A DNA stretch of 64,000 bases, from the NCBI GenBank assembly GCA_047967505.1, contig CM106538.1; one strand, given 5' to 3'. The position numbers and the translations under genes were made by a program. Numbering within the stretch: the stretch's first letter is position 1; every line of letters begins with the position of its first letter. This document shows positions 49,624 through 62,189 of the stretch, in pieces. The stretch comes from Dipteris shenzhenensis. Lineage: Eukaryota. The notes under the pieces are model-generated. The model searched no databases. It saw only the letters and a program-made list of their open reading frames with translations, and had not been told where the DNA came from.

Positions 49624-52600
49624 TGACAAAGAGAAAACATATGATCGCCACTAAGCCTAGTGTGACTAGATGAGCATAAGAACTATGGAGGCTCAAAGCA
49701 CACTGAATAAGACATGAGAGGGAAATAGCAAATCTATATCTCTTGCAATGTGTGTGTGTTCTCAACAATACATGATAGGCTTCTTATATAGAGAGAGCCT
49801 TTAGAATAGTCAAACCATGTGGGATCCTCTCATCCACATCTCTCCTTGTGGATATCCTCAATCCACATCTTCACATCTTGTAGTCCACATCCTAGGGTGG
49901 CTACTTTAATTCTTTCCTATACCATACCTTAGCCCTTTAATCTATGTGCTCATGGCACCATATCTCTCAACACCTCCCCTTGGTGCCATGATCCTTTGGC
50001 TACTGCAAGGTGGTCAGATGTGAGTTACATTCCATCACCTCCCCTTAGTGCTTGCATTGCTACTTAAGGTGGTAAAGTGTGGTTTACATGTCAATACCTC
50101 CCCTGGGTGCTTTCATAGCTACTCTCAGGTGGTCAGGTTTGATTACAAAAACATAGGCAAGGTTGGCAAGGTTTTTGTTTTTCAATGCTTCATGTCGATG
50201 GCGTTTGCTTCTTTGCTTGATGTAGCTTCATGCATGATGCTTTGTACTTCCATGTGCCTTGATGCTTTGTGTGTGGATGCCATGCTTTCTGCTATGGTCA
50301 TCTCATGCACTTGTGCTTTTGGCATGCTTTCTGCATTCATGCGTTGCTTTTCTAATTATTGCAAAGGTCTTACCAATTGAATTCTTTCAATATTGGCAGT
50401 GTCTAATTGCATACAATGATTCTGACATGACAGGCGCGTAGAGCTCAAAAAGACGATCACTTTTCCTTTTTGGAGCATGTCCAAATTTTTCCTGGATTGC
50501 AAGTTATGGCTTGTTGAAGTTTTTGTGAAGAAGAGGGGGCCTTGATGATGTGGCATAGAGATTCACATGCTGAATTTCAAACTGTGCTTAACAAAGGGAC
50601 TGTGCATGGGTGGCACTATGCCATGTGGCACTCTTCTAACCAGACTGAGTTAACCCAAGTTAAAGAAAACTTAACCATGGTCTAATTAACTGCACCTAAT
50701 CATAAACTTAAGCAAGGTTGACCTTAACCACAGTTAAAGCCTTATCTGCCACGTGTCACTTTGGTAGAGACCTTGGAAGAATGAAAAACTTTGAAAAAAC
50801 TATCTACCATGGCGTCGAAATGGCGACGGTGTGGGCGTCAGCAAGCGAACAGAGGTGCGTTGGAGAAGAAGCTTGGCGGAGTCTGCTGTTCGTCTGAGTC
50901 CGTGAGGGCGTGGCGCTGGATGTGTGCGTTGCTGTGTGCTTTTGCTGTGTCACCTACAGCAGTCGTCTGTGGTGGTAGTAGAAGGCGTCGTTGCTTGAGG
51001 GCTTCGTGAATTGCTGCAGTTGGAGAAGCCGATTGGAGCTGTGTGGGTGCGTTGGAAGCCAGTGGTCATCCAGTCATTAGTAGTCAAGGCTGGAAAGGAG
51101 CTCGTGGCTAGCAGGAGCCTTGGTTTCTTTTACTCTGCATTGGGCTGGAGCGGAAGTGCTTCTCTTCAAGGTAATGTTGACAAAAGGAGGAGGCACGAGT
51201 ACTCGCAAATGTTTCGTTTTGTGTCAGGATCCCTTTGTTCGCCCTGTCGGAGAAGGACTTGGTCCAAAGAGCCTGGGCGAAGAGAGATCATACCAGTCGA
51301 GCAGGGACAGCAAGAGATCAAGAGATTTTGTGAGAGGAATCCCCGGGGGATTCACTCTTCATGAAAGGGGGACGTCACCTGCGTGCATGAACTTCAAGAA
51401 AACCCCCTATTTAAGATCCATGTAGGATGATAAAACACCCCTATTTAAGCTTATAAGATACCACCAAAATTCTATTATGTCCCCCCTTTCCTCAAATCTA
51501 CATTCTTTCTCAAGCATTTAGATCACACAATAAGCAAATTTAGATTACTTTCCCTATGACGATTTAAAACCATACACAAAACCAAACTTGTTTGGACTAG
51601 TCACCCAAGGTAGCCTATACTATGTCCCCCCCTCTTAAATATGGCATGGCCCCCCTAACTTAAATTCAATATTGGGAAAAAATAAAAGGCCCCCCACCCC
51701 TAATGTATAAGCTTATGCCTCATTAAAAAAAACCCCCCTATTGTACACTCACGTGATATCATAAGTTTCCTCTTGTGAATCCCCCGGGGAGGAATCTGAC
51801 AGAGCTTCGCAGCAGAAACGGCGACAATAGGAGAAAAAAGAACCTGCTATGCAATGTAGGATGTATAAAGCCATAGGAAGCTAAACTATGCTCGTTTGAT
51901 TCCTGTAGCGCGCCTCCTGCATTTTCGAGGGAATGCGCTTCGGTGGTGGTGTCTCCATCTCAAAAGTGTCTCCATCTTCATCCTCTGCCTTGGAACTCGG
52001 CTCTTCTCGTTCCTTCAAAACGGTCTGCACGCATGTATATTCGGAGGAGGTAACATTCTCTGATGTGGAGGCCTCTGCTACAATCGCAAGCTCAACTTGC
52101 TGCCCTCCTTCATAGGTTACTTCGTTGCCAGTTGCCAAATCCCCGTTTTCCTTCAAACGAGGGATGGAGGCAGGGATGGATGTCTGTCCTTCCCCTTCAG
52201 TGTGCTTGGAACATAATGAATCTCTCCTGATATCTCTCTCTATTGCACAGAGTGAGAGTCTCTCCCATTCAAAACTTACTCAAACATAATGGACATAAAT
52301 CTCACACTCTCACAAATCAATCCTTTCTCCCTAAAGATAATACTATTGTGCCATTTTTTCTTTTTCTGTTTCTCAACTAGCCATACCAAAAATGAGAAGC
52401 AACAATATACAAATGCACTTATCTACAACCTAGACTTAGTGGATGACCCGAAGCTCTGATACCATGACAAAGAGAAAACATATGATCGCCACTAAGCCTA
52501 GTGTGACTAGATGAGCATAAGAACTATGGAGGCTCAAAGCACATTGAATAAGACATGAGAGGGAAATAGCAAATCTATATCTCTTGCAATGTGTGTGTGT

Positions 52601-52813
52601 TCTCAACAATACATGATAGGCTTCTTATATAGAGAGAGCCTTTAGAATAGTCAAACCATGTGGGATCCTCTCATCCACATTTCTCCTTGTGGATATCCTC
52701 AATCCACATCTTCACATCTTGTAGTCCACATCCTAGGGTGGCTACTTTAATTCTTTCCTATACCATACCTTAGCCCTTTAATCTATGTGCTCATGGCACC
52801 ATATCTCTCAACA
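49624..52813 (-). mobile_element. Non-autonomous LTR retroelement (LARD/TRIM-like), recent
   Basis: 349-bp LTRs 49624-49972 and 52465-52813 (TG...CA, 2 C/T differences seen); TSD CTACT (49619-49623, 52814-52818); iMet PBS at 52453-52464 (GCTCTGATACCA); PPT at 49973-49980; no gag/pol motif in the 2.5-kb interior. Confidence 0.95.
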
Positions 52814-53579
52814 CTACTTGACCAAACAAAAGTAGATAGGGGGTACTGGTGGTTAGAGACCTGGTGACCCAATGGCTAGATGGAGTTCTTGTCTACAAGA
52901 AAAAGGAACCAAAGAAAAAAAGAAAAGATCAAGGTTTCTATAAATTTAGTTTAAAGCATAAATATGCAACAAATCATATGTGCAAAATAATTTGCTAATG
53001 CCATGCCATGTGTGCATCAAAGTACTGCAATTGCAATGAAATATATGCATATAAGTAAATGTACTTGCACATATGTATACATTTTAAAGCACATGCGAAT
53101 GAAAAAAATGTACACATGAAATTGCAATGATATAATATGCATATAGCGTTCGTGTCATCACCCTCGAAGTACTGGCCTAGCATTGATGGGAACCTTAGGT
53201 AGATTCTACCCCTAATGCACCTTCACATATGCATTAAGATAATTGCAATGATATAATATGCATATAAGCCTAGTGTACTTTCACATATGCAAATAAGAAA
53301 GAATATATACATGCAATTGAAATGATACATTTGCATATAAGATAAATGCACTTGCACATATGCATATATCGTAAAGCACATGCAAATGAAAAAGCACACG
53401 TACTTAAATACTAAACAATAACTACACAGTAACTTATACTAAAATAAATCCTAACACCAAAATACTCTTAAGCGTAAAATTTTTAAGAACATAATGTCTC
53501 TTAAATATACAAAAATCTAACCAAATTTCCAAGCCTACTTACTATAAAACCAAATATTTGTGCTTTGAGATTTTAAAAA

Positions 53580-53915
53580 TTTACTCCGTGTTTTTCAAAG
53601 TAGGGAACCAAAGTTGGAAAGGTTGCCCAATTCTGGAGGGATGGTGCTATCAAGCTTGCAAGAAGCGAGAATTAATGTTTGGAATATGGCTCCAGGTACC
53701 AAGCTCATGGGGGATTCCTCGGGAGAGCGGATTCCCACCAGGGAAAAAGACCTAGAGGCTGGAGATGTGGGAGAATTGGGGGGGGGAGCGCAGCCAAGGA
53801 GGAGGTTAGAGAAGATGAGGTAGGAGAGGGAAGAGACGTTGGAGAAAGTAGGCCCAAAGAGGGAGTTATCAGAGAGGTTGAGAGACATGAGTGAGGTTAG
53901 GTTGGAAAACAACAT
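53580..53915 (-). pseudogene. Plant extracellular LRR (RLK/RLP) gene fragment with frameshifts
   Basis: FSNLTSLMSLNLSDNSLFGP; alternative frame GGNPLSRGIPHELG; QTLILASCKLDSTIPPELGNLSN. These match the LxxLxLxxNxLxGxIPxxLGxL consensus. Confidence 0.85.
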
Positions 53916-54451
53916 AAAAAGAAACTAAAGTCTGAAACTATGCCTTATAAATGACCCATCATGGGAATTTTGACCTAAAATCTCAGCTTATGAAAAGCAT
54001 ATCTTGCATATCTTTGAGCTTATAGAGCTCACAATGGGACTTTATGGAAAGGAGCAATCTATAAATCTCATGTGTGTCCTTACATTATGGTACAACTTGC
54101 TTGTTATGCATGTGTCTTAAATATATACATTGCAAATGTTTGTATATAAATCATATGAGAAACATCTCTATCGATATGCAAAAGTAATCACAAATGTTTG
54201 CTTAACATCTCTGTATGAATAACTAAAATATGCAAACTCATGTCATGTGGTGTATATATAAATCATCTGAAACATTTGCATCTTCATGCAAAAATAATTG
54301 CAAATGTTTGCTTTTCATCTATATGTGAATTAAAAAAAAAGAAAAAAGCCATGTCATGTGTGAAAAATTTAGATCGCAAACGTATATATATAAATCACAT
54401 GGAATATTTGCATCTATATGCAAAATTAATTGCAAATGTTTGCTTAACATT

Positions 54452-56114
54452 TATATATGAGTAAATGAAATAAGCAAAAGCCATGCAAAACTCAAATTGT
54501 ACATTGGTTGAAGAAGGTTATGAGGATGTCATGGGAAGCTACTACACGCATGAGATCCCCCTTGCCCCTCAAGCTATGCTCCTTGAATAGGAGTAGGGCA
54601 AGGTCTATAGGAAGCGATATGATTGATGAATTAGGCGCATGAGAGGGTTCAGGTGGCTAGGGTAGGAACATGCCCTAGGTGATCCTCAAAATTAGGACAA
54701 CACCCCATAGTGCATACATCTTGTGCTGTACTCCTATCTTTCCCAAAGAAGCAATCTAAAACTCAATGAATGTTGCCATAAAAATAATCTCAAATTCTAG
54801 TACTTGAAAATGTGACCTTGTCCTTCCTCAAGATGAGATTGTTTGTAACTTTATTGTGACATGCGCACTAATTCTACCACGAAAGTCCCTATGTGATAAT
54901 CCACACTCAAAGTTCAAAAAGTTTGAAGCAAGTGTCCTATGGAATACATATTTGCTCTTCTTGGAGATTGGATGTCTTGTTCAAAGTTTGCACTGATTTT
55001 CAATGTCAAAACTATATATGGGATAAAATATGAGTTTCAAAGTTTGCACCGAGTTTCAATGTTAGAACTATATATGAGTTTCGAAATTTGTACCGAGTTT
55101 CAATGTCAGAACTATATACAAGTTTCATTATCTTTGCCCTCCAACCCTTGTGGACCCTCCATGCAGATTTTCTAGGAGTAGAGAAAGGTTAAAGGAAAAA
55201 AATCATAGAATAGAGAAGAGAAGAGAAGCAGGCTGGCACCTAAAATACAAAGTAGATAGGGTAGTGGGTGACATGACATGAGTATATATATGAGTAAATG
55301 AAATAAGCAAAAGCCATGCAAAACTCAAATTGTACATTGGTTGAAGAAGGTTATGGGGATGTCATGGGAAGCTGCTACACGCATGAGATCCCCCTTGCCC
55401 CTCAAGCTATGCTCCTTGAATAGGAGTAGGGCAAGGTCTATAGGAAGCGATATGGTTGATGAATTAGGCGCATGAGAGGGTTCAAGTGGCTAGGGTAGGA
55501 ACATGCCCTAGGTGATCCTCAAAATTAGGACAACACCCCATAGTGCATACATCTTGTGCTGTACTCGTATCTTTCCCAAAGAAGCAATCTAAAACTCAAT
55601 GAATGTTGCCATAAAAATAATCTCAAGTTCTAGTACTTGAAAATGCGACCTTGTCCTTCCTCAAGATGAGATTGTTTGTAACTTTATTGTGACATGCGCA
55701 CTAATTCTACCACGAAAGTCCCTATGTGATAATCCACACTCAAAGTTCAAAAAGTTTGAAGCAAGTGTCCTATGGAATACATATTTGCTCTTCTTGGAGA
55801 TTGGATGTCTTGTTCAAAATTTGCACTGATTTTCAATGTCAAAACTATATATGGCATAAAATATGAGTTTCAAAGTTTGCACCGAGTTTCAATGTTAGAA
55901 CTATATATGAGTTTCAAAATTTGTACCGAGTGTCAATGTCAGAACTAAATACGAGTTTCATTATCTTTGCCCTCCAACCCTTGTGGACCCTCCATGCAGA
56001 TTTTCTAGGAGTACAGAAAGGTTAAAGCAAAAAAATCATAGAATAGAGAAGAGAAGAGAAGCGGGCTGGCACCTAAAATACAACGTAGATAGGGTAGTGG
56101 GTGACATGACATGA
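54452..56114. repeat. 833-bp tandem duplication (54452-55281 and 55285-56114), about 98% identical
   Basis: Colinear from TATATATGAGTAAATG to GACATGACATGA; about 17 substitutions counted by eye and no indels seen. Confidence 0.95.
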
Positions 56115-56138
56115 TCAAAAGCTGCGAGAGGTGGTCAT

Positions 56139-56140
<2 letters not shown>

Positions 56141-56196
<56 letters not shown>

Positions 56197-56270
56197 TGTA
56201 TGTATGTATGTATGTATGTATATATATATATACATATACATATATATATATATGTATATGTATATGTATA

Positions 56271-56308
<38 letters not shown>

Positions 56309-56403
56309 TTATATATATATAATTATATATAAAATATATATTTGTATATATATATATGTATATCTATATATATTTATACATATACATATATATATTTATA
56401 TAT
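56141..56403. repeat. (TA)n/(TATG)n compound microsatellite
   Basis: Read directly from the sequence. Confidence 0.95.
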
Positions 56404-57449
56404 TTCTCCCCCTCTCTAGGTGGCAGTCACTGTCTCTCTCTTTGTCTTCTTTGATCGGGCAAGTCAGAGCAACTAGAGTCGTGCCACGTGGCTTGCGCCC
56501 TCGCGAAGGCCGCATGCTATTATTCCTCTGCGACTCATGTTGCACTCAGATAGATTTCTTGACTCTATTTTGGATCTAAGAGGACTAATATGTCGCCTTG
56601 TGCACTGCACTATGCGGCACCACCTTGTGTCTTCTTGCCCTCATAGTGCGTGCCAGCTGCTGCCATTGTAATGCCACCATGCCATGTATAACTCTGCCAC
56701 ATGCCACCCCATTGTAACGTCATCGATCTTAGTCATTGCAATGCCTCAACACGCCACCTCACCTTTATGGATTTGCCTCTGTCTGTCGACATATGTGTGC
56801 ACCACCTCACCTTTCTGCCTCCGCCTTGGGCTTCTACATGTCTACCAACCTTTGACTGTGGCTGTGGCATTTTGCCCCACCCGCATTCTACCTCTTTTAG
56901 CCCACCAACCTTCAATGCCCTTAGCTTCTTTGCTCCTCTGTGGCCGGCTGAGTTGGCACGAAGTCCATACAGTCTTCAATGTGAGTTTTCTCTCTTCTTG
57001 TGGCCGCGGACATGTGTCACCATCTCGTGCAACAATGCTTTGGTGGTCGCCATGTGGCAACGTTTACTTCCACTCCCTCCGAACCACCTCCTCCTCTCCC
57101 TGTCCTGAACCTCCCTCCTCCTCATTCCTGACCTCCAAATCTCTTCCATGTTGCCAGGTCTGGTATTTGTCTCCTTAATATATAGTAAGATAACATTATC
57201 TTCACAACAGTTGGCAATTTGAAACACACAACCTAAGTAAACTTTTTAACAAGGTGAATAATATTTAGTTGGCCTGCCAACAAGGGGAAAATCTTTGAAT
57301 GCTACTATAGAAAGGGAAGGTAAATGTTGCAAAAATTTTGGTGCCTTTAATTTCTTTTGTGTGGTCTTGAGTGTGTGAGGTTTTGTATGTGATCCTAGGT
57401 TTGGGTGCAGGTTCTTGAGCATAGTGTATAGGGTTTAAGTTTCACAACA

Positions 57450-57930
57450 AAAATTGACAAGATGACAAAAGCTTAGAAGCGTCTTCCCAATTCTCTTAAA
57501 ATCAATGACAACAAAAAGAAAATTCATTTTCGATCATCATCTAATGATGTAGCTGCATACAGTGTTCAAGGGAAGGCTTATAACAAAGAGAGAACTTGCC
57601 TTTAAAATATGATGTTTCCCAATTCTTTTGGCATGAAATTTTATAGATATTGTAGCTCCTTATTGTAGTGAAACTTAAGTTGATCTTGCCTTCCAAATTC
57701 ATGTTGGACAATGATATAGATCTCATGGTATGCATGTCCATTTGCATGGAGACGAATCCCTTGCAATCCAATCACCCCAAGAAATTAGATTCATGTCAAT
57801 CTATTCTTGAATGCCAAGAGTGCATCCAAAGACTAAAGATCCAAATTAAAGACTGAACTCTATTGAGCTGTCCACAAGAAATCCGATTTACGTCAATTTG
57901 TTCTTGAATGCCAAGAGTGCATCCAAATGA
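57450..57930 (-). pseudogene. Decayed N-terminal part of an LRR receptor gene (LRRNT cap plus first repeats)
   Basis: LDALLAFKN (present twice, at about 57805 and 57900), SISLSNMNLEGKINLSF, and MPKELGNI in shifting frames. Confidence 0.6.
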
Positions 57931-59618
57931 GAGCCCGAACTCTCTTGAGGAGTCCACATGAGAAGGCACAATAAAAATAGTTGTGGTCAGGTTGTGACGG
58001 ACTAGGCCATAGATCGATGATTGTTTTCAGCAAGAGCTCACACCAGAAATAGAACCGTCAAATCGTATCTTGATACCATAAGACCTTGCTCTTTTGGACT
58101 AATCTCACATGTTATGATCAACACACGTCAACATTTGTGCACCGTGGCATCCTGTAGTGACCTTAGGGTTGTAGCTACATACAATGTTCGAGGGAAACCT
58201 TATACCATTCAGACAAACAATGGCCTAGACATACCACCTTGTAGTAGACAATTTAAGAGCTGTAGTATATCACTGCACCATTACGCTATACATACAACGG
58301 GTTGTAGTTTCAAGTAGATCTATAAACTAGTCGAGCAAGACTCCTATTGAGAATAACAAAGACAGTCACAAATTCTAGCTTTGACCTAGAACTTTAAGCT
58401 TTGATGCCCTTACTTTGGACTCAGTGACACCCAAACCTCTGAGCAAATTTTCAAGAATTGCAGGGCTAGGACTAGCTGACTGTAGAGCCCCCGCGCTGAA
58501 TACATTGTCATAAGCAACATCAGCTCTCCTAATCCATGGCTCTCCTCCAAAGATATTGTCATCATAGAGGGGAGTATCAAGGATTGCAAAGACGACCCCT
58601 CGTTCAAAGCTAACGAGCTCTTTAGTAGCATTGTAAAAATACGATGAATACGATTAGGAGTAAACTTGGGAGGGCCTCCAAAGACACCATCGTCTACGAT
58701 GAGACAATTTTGAAACTCCTCCCCCGAGCAGATCACCTCCAACATTAGATCCAAAACATCGAAGGAAGATTTCATTCCATTGCCTCTGAAGAAGAGATCC
58801 TCTTGCAGATTGTCCACGGTAGGGCAATGGAAGGCTCTCTGAAATGCTTGTCAATTGTTTTGACATTAAGAACTCAGATGAAAAGCAAGCTTGACAAATA
58901 TGTAAGCCAATCAAAACTAAGAAAAATGTGAAAGCATCTAAAAAAATACAAGAAGACATTTTGAGTTTTCATAGGACTTGAACTTTCACAATGGCATGCC
59001 AAAAATTACAAGTGGGAATTCACAAAAGGAGTTTCAATCCTCTGGTATGACACTACCTCTACTAACAAGGTGAACTTCAAATTGCCATGTTAGCAAAGTT
59101 GCTTTTGTCTCTAGTGTCTCTAGATCATTTGGATCTGTTGTCGACCTTAGGATTTTCTTTGCTTCTCTTTAAGTGCTTGTCGGTAATTTGCTCTGGACAT
59201 GGCTACAGAGCCCACCTTTCTCTTAGAGTGCTCTTTGGCAATTTGCTCCAGACATGGCGCTTGACACCTTGCTCAATTGCATTTTTCATGCACGAGGGAG
59301 ATCGCAAGGGTCCCGCTCCAACAAGTTGAATACATTCAAAAGGCGTGGCCTGGAAGTTGAGAGAAGAAGAAGAAGAAGAAGAAGAAGGAGAGAGAGAGAG
59401 AGAGAGAGAAAGGGGGTAGAGAGAAAGGGGGAGAAAAAAATGGGGAGAGAGAGAAAGGGGGAGAAAAAAATGGGGACCAAAATGGCAAAAAATCCACATC
59501 ATTTTCCCTTTATGAAGCAGAAACACGTTTAGTAAAGCCTTCCCTCCTAACAACAACAACAACAACAAGAACACTAGAGGGCGGTTACCGAAAGCAAAAG
59601 CAGCTTTTTGGTGTGAAA

Positions 59619-59643
59619 GCCACGTGGGCACCGGTTAGGGTTT
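59619..59643 (+). promoter_or_regulatory. G-box (CACGTG 59621-59626) and telo-box (TTAGGGTTT 59635-59643) just upstream of the RING gene ATG
   Basis: Exact motif matches 35-60 nt before the ATG at 59679; the telo-box is typical of plant housekeeping 5' regions. Confidence 0.55.
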
Positions 59644-59678
59644 GTGCGATAAATCACGGGCCAGCAAGAACTCCGGCT

Positions 59679-60443
59679 ATGGCGCTCCATGTTACCCATC
59701 CTCGCTCCTGCTCCTCCTCCTCCTCCAACAGCAACAACAACAACAACGTTTGCCCCATCTGCCTCGACCCTGTCTCCGGTGAAGCTTTCCTCCTGCCCTG
59801 CTTTCACCGATTCTGCTTCCATTGTATCTTGCAATGGGCCGACATCGTCGCTACTCGCCCTTCTTGCCACCGCAATCAATCCTTGGACTGCCCCTTGTGT
59901 AAGACGCCTGGTACTTGCATCATCCATAATATCGTTTTGGACACCTTTCAACGACACTCTCTCTTCGGTTCGCACGCTGCCGGTAGCCCTTTCCTCCTGT
60001 CGCAGCCGCATTACCGGCGCCTGGCCGTCTATCGGAAGACTTTACAACCCAAGCTGCCGGTCAAAATTCAGCGCAAAGTAACGCAAAGAGGGAAAAAACT
60101 TGTAATTGCTAACAACAGATCATTGAAATGCTGGGTGCAACGTGAGCTTCAAGCCCTGATGCAGGACAAAGATGTGGACATAGTCGCACAGCACATTATC
60201 GGCGTCTTAGAACATTTAGAAAAAAGACAAGAGGTTGAACCAGGGGTGCTGATCTCGTGGAAGGCTGCTGTGGCTGATGCTGTCAGGCCTTTCATAGATG
60301 ATTATGCGTTTAAATTCTGTGAAGAGCTGGCCAATTTTCTTTTTTCGGGTTTGAGTATTGCGGAGTATGACCAACTGACTGAAGAAACTCAGACGAACTC
60401 TTCAGACTTTGAATTGTCGACTTTGCCGACAACTGTAATGTAA
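59679..60443 (+). CDS. C3HC4 RING-finger E3 ubiquitin ligase, Topors-like (similar to Arabidopsis At3g05250 family), 254 aa, single exon
   Basis: CPICLD...LLPCFHRFCFHCILQW...CPLCK RING; C-terminal WVQRELQALMQDKDVDIVAQHIIG...RPFI...KFCEELANFLFSGLSIAEYD. The first ATG (context GCTATGG) is at 59679; the track's start at 59613 is GTG. Confidence 0.9.
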   Translation: MALHVTHPRSCSSSSSNSNNNNNVCPICLDPVSGEAFLLPCFHRFCFHCILQWADIVATRPSCHRNQSLDCPLCKTPGTCIIHNIVLDTFQRHSLFGSHAAGSPFLLSQPHYRRLAVYRKTLQPKLPVKIQRKVTQRGKKLVIANNRSLKCWVQRELQALMQDKDVDIVAQHIIGVLEHLEKRQEVEPGVLISWKAAVADAVRPFIDDYAFKFCEELANFLFSGLSIAEYDQLTEETQTNSSDFELSTLPTTVM

Positions 60444-62189
60444 CGTGCCCTCGTCGGTACCTCAGCTAGTCTGGTAGCCCCTGGATCAAACTGAGCAGGG
60501 TTCCACCTCGCAGGAAACTCGCTACATCCTGTGGACAATGAGAATCGCTGATAACCGATCTTGTATTGATTTTCAAAGCATAATACCAAAGGTCTTTTGC
60601 TGGAAAAAATCAGCTTAACATAATTCTCTCTCTTCCTCTCTCTTCTCGTTCTACTTCTGTTCTTCTTCTTCTCCTCCCTCTTCTTGTTTTTGTCAGGTGG
60701 ATTTTGTAGCCTAATAAGCATTAGGTCTACACGAGTTTCTGGAATCTTTCGGCAGTTCATGCTTGGGTATGATTAATAAGCTTAGCTTTGCTGACTAAGT
60801 GGTTTTCTTTTCTACTTCTAGCTTTGCTTCATGTCCTTTTTTGTTTTTGTTTTCACTTTCTTTAAGTTCATGTTTTGGCTTTTTCCTTCTCTCTCTCTCT
60901 CTCTCTTAAATGTGTGTATGTGCAGACGAGTGTGTGTATGCACGTTTGTGAGTGCATGCATGCGGTAGTATATGTATATCATTGGTCTATTATTTCTTTT
61001 CCTTTGCTGTTCAGAAAGATTTGAATATGCAAGATTGTATATATTTTCATCTTTTATGAATATATATCCAAATTCAGGGGACTGATGGAAACTGTGTTGC
61101 TTTGCTTACTAAGTAATTGTGATTGTTATTTGTAGTGTTTTTAAAACTCTCTCTCTCTCTCTCTCTTCCTCCCCCCCCCCCCCCTGCCCCCCCTTTTCCT
61201 GGAAATACTTGTAGAGGGTGAAAGCATGATTGCCACTGGAACAATTGTCAGGAAGGCTTCAGTTATTTTGCTAATGAGACGTCACATCTTTAAATTCACA
61301 AAGCGCAAATGTTTTAGAGGACTGTAAGAAAACCTGTCGAGAGTGAAGACATGATTGTAACTGCAAGAATTGTGAGGAAGCCTTCAGTTAGTTTACCAAT
61401 GAGACAAAACATCTTTAGATCTTAGAATCCTTGAATATATGCACGTTCACGAATTCTGGATAGCAGTAAGAGTAGTTTGGATAATTACAAGACTCATGCC
61501 CAAGTAGCTGGATGGTGCATTTAGGTAGAGCGGGGCAGGCTTGCCATTGTGTAAGGATGGCATTTGTGGCATGGGATACGAGACACTAGAAACTATTGCA
61601 CTCTGGCTATGCTGTGAACGTACTTGGATATCTAGGCTTAGGGCTTTGGAAACTTTTATGCTTGGGTGGTAGGAGTTTACAGATGGGATGCCTGTGTTTT
61701 AGTGTGCAGATATATTGAGGTAAATGATGATTGATTCAGCTGGGAGGTGCTCCAAAGTAAAGCTGCAATAGCACCTCCTGTGCATTCCCAGTTGCAATTC
61801 AATTTTTTACGAGGCATTTAGCCTTTTCTTGGCTAATTGCCTGGTTGTGCTCCACTATGAAAGGAGTGTGATTCGCCACTAGGCAGGAAAGAAAAAGACT
61901 ATATTAGGCAGCATGTAGGATTTGCAACATTGTACGCTTTCGAGAGACTTTTTTGGATGCTTTATATCGAATGACAATGCTGTGCAGGTCATCAAAGTCA
62001 TCCCATTGCTCTTGTGCGAAAACACATCTGCTACGTCTGAAGACATATCGTTGGGAACAAATTCAACTTTTGGACGTTGAATGCTTATTGGCTCACAGAT
62101 TTATTGAGTCTAGCTGTATCATGAGAATGTCAATTATTGAGTCTACCTGGTTTTACCATGTCTATTCGCTAATGTCCTTTTAATGTTCT

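Noticed and set aside
56111-57227. YIYI ORFs and the GCCAC-rich 164-aa ORF
   Set aside because: TA microsatellite and low-complexity TE-like sequence; no domain.
61220-61660. Two ~70-bp diverged repeats and SGYAVN/CEEAFS words resembling PPR motifs
   Set aside because: Too decayed to distinguish from chance; needs a frameshift-tolerant PPR HMM search.
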